DNA from: an uncultured Bifidobacterium sp.
GTDB lineage: Bacteria; Acidobacteriota; Vicinamibacteria; Vicinamibacterales; CAVVIG01
Length of the DNA stretch: 64,000 nt
Direction of reading: 5' to 3'
Assembly: GCA_964577955.1 (NCBI GenBank)
Contig: CAZOAZ010000001.1
Span: forward strand, 116,357-180,356
In this document: one piece after another, positions 1-7,028 of the stretch
Layout: each line of letters opens with the position of its first letter
Position numbering within the stretch: the first letter of the stretch is position 1
Program-made: the position numbers and the translations under genes
Notes under the pieces: generated by a model
Databases searched by the model: none
Seen by the model: only the letters and a program-made list of their open reading frames with translations
What the model was told of the DNA's origin: nothing

Positions 1-2897
1 ATCGGCGGGTCCGACGCCGACGGGTTGGTGGCGCGCAGGAGGGTTTCGATCGCCAGCGCGCGGGCGACGCGGAACGGTTCGCCGGCGTCGAGCGCGAGCA
101 GCAGATGCCGGGTTTGAAAGTGCGAGGCGCGCACTGCGTCCACGAGCGCCAACCCGGTGGTCACGGACCAGCACGTGTCGATGCGGAGCAGGGTCTCGTC
201 CGGAACCGCGGCGGCGGGCCGTTCGCGAAAATCGAGGCCGCGCAGCCGAAGCTGCGCCCGGCGCAGGAGCAGCGAGACGAGCGCAGAGCGCGGTCCCGGC
301 GGCAGGCGCAACCCAACCGCGGAGAGCACCGATTGAATGACCTGCAGGCCGCGATCGATGTGCCCACCAACCAGAAACTGTTCCGCGGCGCGGCGTTCCC
401 ACTCGATTCTGCCCGGGTGATTCGTTCCCGAGGCGGCGTTCAGATACATCTCCGCGGCATCGGCGGGACGTCCGGCGTCGGCGAGAGCCGTGGCCAGCCC
501 CTGTTTCCATGCCTGAGCCGCCGCCGCGCCTGGGTCGAGATCCAGTGCGGCACGATAGCGTTCCGCCGCGCGATCGAAGGCGAGCGACCGATGAGCCTTG
601 ACGGCTGCGCGCGCGCCTTGGATGGCGGCGTCGGGACGGTTCCCCGCGCCGCGATAGTGCTCGAAAAGCGCGTCCGGATCGTCGATGCCCGATGCGAGCA
701 GCGCCCGAATGACGTCGCCATGAATCTGGACCGTGCGCTCGGACGAAAGGTCCGCGGTCAACGCTTGACGAATGCGGTCGTGATAGACCTCGACATGCGT
801 CGAGGAGCCGCTGCTCCGCAGCAGATGCGCGGAACGGAGCAACGAGACAAGCGGCCGGTCGTCGCCGTGAAGTCCCGAGGCCTGATGAACGAGATCCGCC
901 GGCATCGGGCGTCCGCAGACCGCGAGCGTTTCAATCAGCGGACGCGCGGCTTCAGGCAACGCGTCCAACTGCGCGTCTATCATGCCGATCAGCGATGCCG
1001 GTTCGTCCGCGGCGGAACGGCGACGCGCGACATGGCTGGCCAACTGTTCGATGAAGAACGGATTGCCCGCAGCCTCGACTTCGAGCCGCCGCCGCGCGGC
1101 CGCCGAGATCGGCGCGCCGGCGAGCCACGCGTTCATCAGCCGCTCCGCATCGCCGGCGTCGATGGGGCCGAGCGCCAGCGTCGACCAGGTGTCGGACGTC
1201 GCGCGATCGAGAAACCGGCGCAGGAACGGCTTGGCGGCGGTTTCCTCACTGCGGAAGGACAGGATGGTCAAGAGTGTCGGCGCCTGCGGCGGACGGAGCA
1301 GTTCGTCCAAGAGCAGCGCGCTGTCGGCGTCGGCCCAGTGCAGATCGTCGACGACGAAGACGAGCGGTCGATGTTCGGCGATCGCCGCGAGCAGTGCCCG
1401 GAGCGCGGCGAAGGCCTGGCGCCTGAGCGCGATCGGATCCATCCCCGCGTCCGGTACCGCTTCAGGGATAGCCGCGACGTCGAAGAGGACGGGAAAGAGG
1501 CGCGCCAGCGCCTGTATCCCCGGCGGCAGCAGCGTCCGCGCGCCCTCAGGCGGAAGCCCGGCGAGGTGCTGGCTCAGACGGTCGACGATCATGTCGAGCG
1601 CCTTGTACGGCACGGTCTCGTGCTCGTAGCAGCGCCCGCGCAGAATCACCAGGTCTGGAGTCTTCGCGATCCGATCGAGGAACTCGCGAATCAGCGCGCT
1701 TTTGCCGATTCCCGACGGACCGTGCACGGCGACCGCCGCGGCGCGTCGGCGGCTGACGGCGAACGCGCGGTCGAGCAGACGCAGCGGCTCGTTGCGGCCG
1801 ACGAACGGCGTTCGCGCGTCGGCGTCAGCCACCGGCGTTGACGGCGTGCGCCGCAGGCGAGCGTGCCGGTTCGTCGTCAGCAAGCCGTTGCGGGCTGACA
1901 GCCGCCGGGCCGGGTCGATCGAGAGCAGGTCCATACAGGTTTCGCTCAGATCGAACGGAACGCTGAACGCGCCAGCTGGCGCCTCCGGCAGCGTCGTGCG
2001 TTTGTGTTCGAGCTGTTGCGCGAACGAGCCGGCGAACGGGAGGTGGCCAGTCAGGGCGCGGTACAACGTGACGCCGACGGCGTACCAGTCGCTTGCCTCG
2101 GAGGGTCGGCCGCCGGCGAGATCCTCGGGCGCGAGATACGCCGGCGTGCCCGCGACGCGGTCCGCCGCCGCTCCGTGTTCCGGAGTCACATCAGCGACCA
2201 GCCCGAAATCGAGGATGACGACACGCCGATCCGCTGCGATCAGAACGTTGGACGGCTTGATGTCACGATGCAGCTTGCCGTGGCGGTGAAGCGCATCGAT
2301 GCCATCCGCGAGCTGGCCGAAGGCGTCACGGAGCCGCTCGATCCGGTCCGCGGCGTGCGCCGGGTCGTCGAGATACGCCAGCAGATCGACGCCGTGAATC
2401 CGCTCCATCGTGAAGAAGCCGTGTCCCTCTTCGACGACCAATTCGTAGAGCGGCACCAGGTTGGGGTGCGCGACGTCGGCGAGGCTGCGGAACTCACGCT
2501 TGAAGTGCAGCAGATCGGCAGGGTGGGCGTCGCGGAGCGTTTTCAGGGCGACGATCTGCTGTCGCGTCGTGTCGAGCGCCTCGTAGACGACGCCCATGCC
2601 GCCCTCGCCGAGACGCTGACGGATCTGGTAACGGTCCGTGCCGGTGAAGGGTGCGGCGGCGCTGCGTGCAAAGGGATCTGCCGGAGTCGATGGGGCGTCG
2701 ATCGGGATCGTCAGCACCGCCGGCGACTCGAGAAAGTCTCCCGCCGACGTGTGGGCGCGCAGCAATTCCGCGAGGGCTTCGCGGATGGCCGGATCGTCTG
2801 CGGACAACTCGTCGAGGCGGCTGGCCAGCGCGACGGTATCGTCGGTCAGCGCCGACTGAAACACGGTCAGCGCGCGGCGCCAGCGTTCGGGAGTCAC
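1..2897 (-). CDS. Ser/Thr protein kinase fused to an AAA+ (AAA_16/STAND-like) ATPase and probably a TPR region. Partial: the C-terminal part runs off the left edge of the window.
   Basis: Reverse-strand translation from GTG ~2897 gives VTPERWRRALTVFQSAL..., then Hanks kinase motifs: GEGGMGVVY, HRDIKPSNVLI, DFGL, GTPAYLAPE. It continues in the same frame into a Walker A GPSGIGKSALIREF near 1700. The plus-strand ORFs 105..1841 and 2004..3071 are its Arg-rich antisense. It is absent from the ORF track because it has no stop inside the window. Confidence 0.8.
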   Translation of the reverse strand, partial: MTPERWRRALTVFQSALTDDTVALASRLDELSADDPAIREALAELLRAHTSAGDFLESPAVLTIPIDAPSTPADPFARSAAAPFTGTDRYQIRQRLGEGGMGVVYEALDTTRQQIVALKTLRDAHPADLLHFKREFRSLADVAHPNLVPLYELVVEEGHGFFTMERIHGVDLLAYLDDPAHAADRIERLRDAFGQLADGIDALHRHGKLHRDIKPSNVLIAADRRVVILDFGLVADVTPEHGAAADRVAGTPAYLAPEDLAGGRPSEASDWYAVGVTLYRALTGHLPFAGSFAQQLEHKRTTLPEAPAGAFSVPFDLSETCMDLLSIDPARRLSARNGLLTTNRHARLRRTPSTPVADADARTPFVGRNEPLRLLDRAFAVSRRRAAAVAVHGPSGIGKSALIREFLDRIAKTPDLVILRGRCYEHETVPYKALDMIVDRLSQHLAGLPPEGARTLLPPGIQALARLFPVLFDVAAIPEAVPDAGMDPIALRRQAFAALRALLAAIAEHRPLVFVVDDLHWADADSALLLDELLRPPQAPTLLTILSFRSEETAAKPFLRRFLDRATSDTWSTLALGPIDAGDAERLMNAWLAGAPISAAARRRLEVEAAGNPFFIEQLASHVARRRSAADEPASLIGMIDAQLDALPEAARPLIETLAVCGRPMPADLVHQASGLHGDDRPLVSLLRSAHLLRSSGSSTHVEVYHDRIRQALTADLSSERTVQIHGDVIRALLASGIDDPDALFEHYRGAGNRPDAAIQGARAAVKAHRSLAFDRAAERYRAALDLDPGAAAAQAWKQGLATALADAGRPADAAEMYLNAASGTNHPGRIEWERRAAEQFLVGGHIDRGLQVIQSVLSAVGLRLPPGPRSALVSLLLRRAQLRLRGLDFRERPAAAVPDETLLRIDTCWSVTTGLALVDAVRASHFQTRHLLLALDAGEPFRVARALAIETLLRATNPSASDPP

Positions 2898-2995
2898 GGG
2901 GCGAGAAATCTTGGCCGGTCCAAACTGTGCGAATCCGTCAAATCTTACTCCGGCAGGACGACCGCCCCGCGCGTCGCCTCCTGCTATGCTTCCGT

Positions 2996-3562
2996 GTGCC
3001 CGAGTCGAGTGAGGTCACCGAACTGCTGCTGGCGTGGCAGCAGGGGAGCCGCCAGGCGCTGGACCAGTTGATGCCGCTCGTCTACGGCGAGCTCAAGGCG
3101 ATTGCGGGGCGCTACCTTTCCCACGAGCGTGCCGGCCACACGCTGCAGTGCACGTCGCTCGTGCACGAGGCGTATCTCAAGCTGATCGATCAGCGTCGCG
3201 TCCAGTGGCAGAACCGGGCGCACTTTTTCGGCATCGCGGCGCAGATGATGCGCCGGATCCTCGTGGATCACGCGCGCGCCGCGCATCGCGAGAAGCGCGG
3301 CGGGTCCGTGCCGACTCTCTCGCTGGACGCGGCGATGGAGGTTCCGGCCGCGGCGTCGGGCGTCGACCTGCTGGTGCTGGATCATGCGCTGGATCGTCTG
3401 GCGGAGATCGAACCGAGTCTCGGCCGGCTCGTCGAGTTGCGCTACTTCAGCGGCCTGACGATCGAGGAATCCGCCGCCGTCCTGGGCACGTCACCTGGCA
3501 CGGTGAAGCGCGAGTGGGCCGCCGCCCGCGCCTGGCTCTTCCGTGAGATGTCTCCGAGTTAG
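2996..3562 (+). CDS. ECF-subfamily RNA polymerase sigma factor (sigma-70 regions 2 and 4)
   Basis: The C-terminal part of track ORF 2651..3562 reads ...LLAWQQGSRQALDQLMPLVYGELKAIAGRYL...LVHEAYLKL...LRYFSGLTIEESAAVLGTSPGTVKREWAAARAWL. The probable start is GTG ~2996. It lies divergent to the kinase/ATPase gene. Confidence 0.85.
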   Translation: MPESSEVTELLLAWQQGSRQALDQLMPLVYGELKAIAGRYLSHERAGHTLQCTSLVHEAYLKLIDQRRVQWQNRAHFFGIAAQMMRRILVDHARAAHREKRGGSVPTLSLDAAMEVPAAASGVDLLVLDHALDRLAEIEPSLGRLVELRYFSGLTIEESAAVLGTSPGTVKREWAAARAWLFREMSPS

Positions 3563-3571
3563 GGTCAGCTT

Positions 3572-3637
3572 GGTGCCGGGTCGGAGCCAGAGAGGTGCCA
3601 GGCTGGGGCCAGACCGGTGCCAGACTGCAGGCTGGTC
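3572..3637. repeat. About three tandem copies of a ~22-bp direct repeat (GGTGCCRGNYYGGRGCCAGASM) immediately after the sigma-factor stop codon
   Basis: Seen directly: ggtgccgggtcggagccagaga / ggtgccaggctggggccagacc / ggtgccagactgcaggctggtc. Confidence 0.5.
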
Positions 3638-3708
3638 CCGTACCGGATTTTCGTCAGACGACTCTGACGGCTATCGCTGATCCGATTCGCTGACCCGCGT
3701 CGCGTTAG

Positions 3709-4644
3709 GTGACAGAGGTTTCCATGTCACCTGTTGCCCGCGGCCGTCGATCCGTTCTCCTGCTCAGCAGTCTCATTGCTCTCGCGGCTCCGGCGACCAG
3801 CCAGGCCGCGACGATTACGCTTCTGTCAGCCGTCGCTGGAGGTGGACCGCCTGTCCTCGCGGGCGGCGGCGTCACCCAAAACGCGGACAAGGTCGTCGTC
3901 GCCGGCGGCTACGAGGCCCACGCACGAACGACCGCCCTCCTCAACGGCGCTCTTTCAGGCGGCGTTTCAGCCCGCACCAACGATGCGGATCAGCTCGCTG
4001 TGGCCAGCGCTCATGTCGAAAGCACTTGGGATTGCCCGACGGGCAACTGCCTCACCGATCGGCCGATCGCACAGGCGCCGTTGCTGGTGCGGGTCGCCTT
4101 CGACGGCATCGTCGATCCACTGATGCTGACGGACCCGACGGCGACCGCCACCGAGGAGGCGTCGCTCGAGATCCTCTTCCAGTATCAATTCCCCGGCGGC
4201 AGTTTCGAATTCCGAGCGTGTTATGAAGCGGGGACGCCCTTCGACCGCGCCGAGTCCGGCTGCGCCAACTTCTTCGAGGCGTCGTTCACGGACACGACCG
4301 GACAGCGGAGTCTGACCGACCGGCTCGTTTTCGGTCCCGGCAACACGGTGTCGTTCGACTGGGCGCTGCCATGGAACGTGCAGAGCAACGAATGGATTGA
4401 CAGCTACGACATCCGCGCGACGGTCGATTCCACGAACTCCAACTTCCCGCACGCGCTGAATTTCCTGAACACGTTTACCGTCCAGCAGACGAGCCTCGAC
4501 CCTGGCATCTCGTTCAACACCGGCGGCGGACTGACGACCGCCGCCCCAGTTGCGGACGGCCAGGTTCCCGAACCCGCGACGCTGCTGCTCGTCGGCGCCG
4601 GCCTCGCGGCTGTCGCCCGCCGCCGGACGGGAGGTTGGTCATGA
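3709..4644 (+). CDS. Secreted protein with a C-terminal PEP-CTERM sorting signal
   Basis: N-terminal signal peptide (LLLSSLIALAAPATSQAAT). C-terminus ...VPEPATLLLVGAGLAAVARRRTGG, the canonical PEP-CTERM motif followed by a TM segment and an Arg cluster. The true start may be the ATG at 3724. Confidence 0.8.
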   Translation: MTEVSMSPVARGRRSVLLLSSLIALAAPATSQAATITLLSAVAGGGPPVLAGGGVTQNADKVVVAGGYEAHARTTALLNGALSGGVSARTNDADQLAVASAHVESTWDCPTGNCLTDRPIAQAPLLVRVAFDGIVDPLMLTDPTATATEEASLEILFQYQFPGGSFEFRACYEAGTPFDRAESGCANFFEASFTDTTGQRSLTDRLVFGPGNTVSFDWALPWNVQSNEWIDSYDIRATVDSTNSNFPHALNFLNTFTVQQTSLDPGISFNTGGGLTTAAPVADGQVPEPATLLLVGAGLAAVARRRTGGWS

Positions 4645-5207
4645 ATCGAGTCTTCCTCGTGTGCGCGCTTGCGTCGTCAGTCGCATGTAGCGAGGCGACG
4701 GCTCCGAGTTCCGATGACAGCGCGCCGCCTGTGAGCGGCTCGACGACCGGGATGGCGCAGTCGTGGGTCGGGACTGGTTCGTCAACCAATTCGGGCTATG
4801 TGGCGAACGCGCAATTGACCTGGGCCTTCGAGACCGCCGTGGCTGGCATCGCCAGCTACCGGCCGACTGGCACGGTGACGGTCACCGTCCCGGGTTGTTC
4901 GATTGCGCCCAACAGCGCATCGGTCACTCCCACGACCGGGGTCCTGCAGGTCGACTACAACACGAATCCGCCCACGTATCACGGCGTCGGCGTCACCGCG
5001 TGGACCGCGACCTACACGTGCCCGCAGGTGCCATCGTTTACTGGCGGAGTCTCGGCGGGGTTTCTCGGCGGCATCGGCGGAGTCGCGGGCGCGAACAGTC
5101 TCGAAGCCGCCGGACAAGTCGGCGGTAACGGCCAGACGATTGCCGGGACTGCCACAAACAGCGATACGACGTTCACGTGGTCGTTGACGCGTCAAGGGAC
5201 GCGCTGA
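4635..5207 (+). CDS. Putative lipoprotein, hypothetical
   Basis: MVMNRVFLVCALASSVACSE... is a signal peptide with a lipobox-like Cys. The start overlaps the upstream stop in an ATGA arrangement. There is no recognisable domain. Confidence 0.55.
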   Translation: MVMNRVFLVCALASSVACSEATAPSSDDSAPPVSGSTTGMAQSWVGTGSSTNSGYVANAQLTWAFETAVAGIASYRPTGTVTVTVPGCSIAPNSASVTPTTGVLQVDYNTNPPTYHGVGVTAWTATYTCPQVPSFTGGVSAGFLGGIGGVAGANSLEAAGQVGGNGQTIAGTATNSDTTFTWSLTRQGTR

Positions 5208-5209
5208 CG

Positions 5210-5250
5210 CTGGCGGGGCAGGAGGGGCGGGAAGGGCAGGCAGGGCAGGC
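5210..5250 (+). other. G-rich tract with five or more G3-4 runs (putative G-quadruplex-forming sequence) on the plus strand after the gene stop
   Basis: ggcggggcaggaggggcgggaagggcaggcagggcagg. A similar G-rich element follows the stop at 9711-9745. Confidence 0.4.
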
Positions 5251-5260
5251 GTGAAAAAGG

Positions 5261-5347
5261 CGTCAGTCGCTAGTCCGTGCCTCCGGCCCTTCGACGAAGC
5301 TCAGGGCCGTCCTGAGCACGTCGAAGGACGGCTAGCGACTGACGCTG
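5261..5347. terminator. Nested three-level inverted repeat between convergent genes (putative bidirectional terminator)
   Basis: Outer arms gcgtcagtcgctagtccg / cggctagcgactgacgc. Middle arms ccttcgacg / cgtcgaagg. Inner arms ctcagg / cctgag. It lies between the stops at 5207 (+) and 5360 (-). Confidence 0.5.
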
Positions 5348-5359
5348 GATGACTGAAAC

Positions 5360-6520
5360 TTACTTGGTGCCGGCGCCGCGCGCGACGAGTTTCTGCACGC
5401 GCCAGTTGATCAACTCGCCGACGTAGATCTCGTTTTCGGACGGGCACGCGATCGCGTGAATCCAGCCGAACTCGCCGAGATTCCGCCCCGGACCGCCGTA
5501 GACGCCGAGGACCTTGCCTTCGAGCGACACCTTGTAGATGCGGCTCGGATACAGATCGCCGACAAAGAGCACCGGGTTCGGACCCGGCGTCATGCAGAGC
5601 GCGTCGGGCGCGCCAGGCGCCTGCGAGCCGGTCGTCGCGTTCGGCGCCGGGACGCCGTAGACGACCTTGCCCTTCGTGACATCGACCGGGACATCGATGA
5701 CGAACTGGCGGAGGAACTTGCCCTCGGTGTCGAAGACCTGGATGCGACGGTTGCCGCGATCCGCGACGAACACTTCGTCCTTCGGCGAGACGGCGATGCC
5801 GTGCGGTGTGTCGAACTGCCCAGGACCGTTGCCGAGCGATCCCCAGCTGGCGACCCATTCACCGCGGGCGTTGGCCTTGCCGACCCGCGAGTTCACGTAG
5901 CCGTCGCTGAAGTACGAATTGCCCTTGGAGTCCCACGCAACGTCGGTCGGCTGGTTGAAGACGTTGTCGCGATGGACCGGAACGGGGTTACGCGGATTGT
6001 TGTTCTGCGGCGCGGTGATGGCGACGCCGGCGCGCTGCAGCAGCCCAGTGAGCGTCGAGGCGTAGTCCGGCGGTGTCATGAAGTGCGACGCTTCGCCCTT
6101 GCGGCCGAAGATCCACACCGGGCGGCCCTGGGGATTGAACTTGATGATCATGTCCGATCCCTTGTCGACGACCCAGATGTTGTCGTCCTTGTCGATGCGC
6201 ACGGCGTGCGCGTACGACCAGGCGTACAGGTTCTTGCCGATCTCGCGCACGAACTTGCCGTTCTTGTCGAACTCGAGCAGCTGCGCCGCGGTCGCCATGT
6301 ACGACGGCCCGGTCGAGTTGCCACGCGAGAACACGAAGATGTGTCCCTTCGAGTTCACCGCCACGCCGCCAATCTCGCCGAAGTACACATCGTCCGGCAT
6401 CTTGAACGGATCGGGGATCGACTCGAACGGGATCGTCGGTACCTGCGCCAGCGCCGGTGCGACGGTCAAACCGAGAAACGCGAATGCCAGGAATACTCGC
6501 CTCATTGGCCTCCTCCACAT
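5360..6520 (-). CDS. Secreted NHL-repeat (six-bladed beta-propeller) protein
   Basis: Signal peptide MRRVFLAFAFLGLTVAPALAQ. Repeated NHL-type blades, for example FDTPHGIAVSPKDEVFVADRGNRRIQVFD. Confidence 0.8.
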   Translation of the reverse strand: MWRRPMRRVFLAFAFLGLTVAPALAQVPTIPFESIPDPFKMPDDVYFGEIGGVAVNSKGHIFVFSRGNSTGPSYMATAAQLLEFDKNGKFVREIGKNLYAWSYAHAVRIDKDDNIWVVDKGSDMIIKFNPQGRPVWIFGRKGEASHFMTPPDYASTLTGLLQRAGVAITAPQNNNPRNPVPVHRDNVFNQPTDVAWDSKGNSYFSDGYVNSRVGKANARGEWVASWGSLGNGPGQFDTPHGIAVSPKDEVFVADRGNRRIQVFDTEGKFLRQFVIDVPVDVTKGKVVYGVPAPNATTGSQAPGAPDALCMTPGPNPVLFVGDLYPSRIYKVSLEGKVLGVYGGPGRNLGEFGWIHAIACPSENEIYVGELINWRVQKLVARGAGTK

Positions 6521-6967
6521 GACTGCCGAGTTTTCGAGCCCCGGCGCGCCATCGTACCGACGGGCTTTTCCTTACGCAAGATTAATGAATGGGGTTAGCC
6601 CCCCGGGGGCTGACTCAAGCTGGACCCTGCAATTGGTCTCGCGGAGTGTCGAGCGTTGGCCCGGCGTCGCGGCTCTGGGCCGCCGGGCTGGATTGCCGAT
6701 GGGAGCGAGCGGCCGCTCTCGTCTCGGCGGATCGCGGCGGTCGCCGCGCCGATTCTCCGATGAACCTCGCCTCAGCCTCTCGTACCGCAAAGAGGGGCCA
6801 TGGCTTCGCGTTTGCGGGTCTTCCGCCGGCAGCGAGTGGCCGCGCGGCTGAAGACGTCTCTCGTGCGCGTATCGGTGTTCGTGCCAGCGGCCTCGATCCG
6901 ATCCACGACGCGCGGTTGATCTTCGAACTCGGCGTCGGCTCGTGGTGAGTTGCCGCCGCGCGTCGCT

Positions 6968-6996
6968 CGGAATCCGGCTGAAGCCGGACGCCACCG
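6968..6996. repeat. REP-like palindromic element, family A (TCCGGCTKMAGCCGGA hairpin with a GCCACC tail)
   Basis: aatccggctgaagccggacgccacc. Other copies of the same family are at 15126-15169, 17296-17317, 28131-28156, 31016-31070, 32950-32996, 36478-36498, 38627-38652, 57545-57592 and 62660-62730. Confidence 0.6.
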
Positions 6997-7028
6997 AATC
7001 GACGGCATCTCATGCATAATTTGCGGCG

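Noticed and set aside
1730-1750. Apparent frameshift in a CG-repeat run between the kinase and ATPase domains
   Set aside because: It arose from my misreading of one base. The computed ORF track (plus-frame 1702..2289 translation) fixes the sequence as ...gccgcggcgcgtcgg..., which keeps the kinase and Walker A in a single frame.
105-1841. Long plus-strand ORF (578 aa, very Arg-rich); similar plus ORFs at 982..1629, 1702..2289 and 2004..3071
   Set aside because: They are antisense to the minus-strand kinase/AAA+ gene, whose translation shows perfect kinase and P-loop motifs. The Arg-rich composition is typical of wrong-strand ORFs in high-GC DNA.
6572-6994. ORFs beginning MASGFSRI/MASGFSPI/MGSGFSR (6572..6994, 29499 start, 38628 start, 62663..62845) and MIVESGFSRI (17288..17734)
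   Set aside because: The shared peptide is simply the translation of the REP-A hairpin (ATG GCG TCC GGC TTT AGC CGG ATT). The remainder is Arg-rich. These are not genes.
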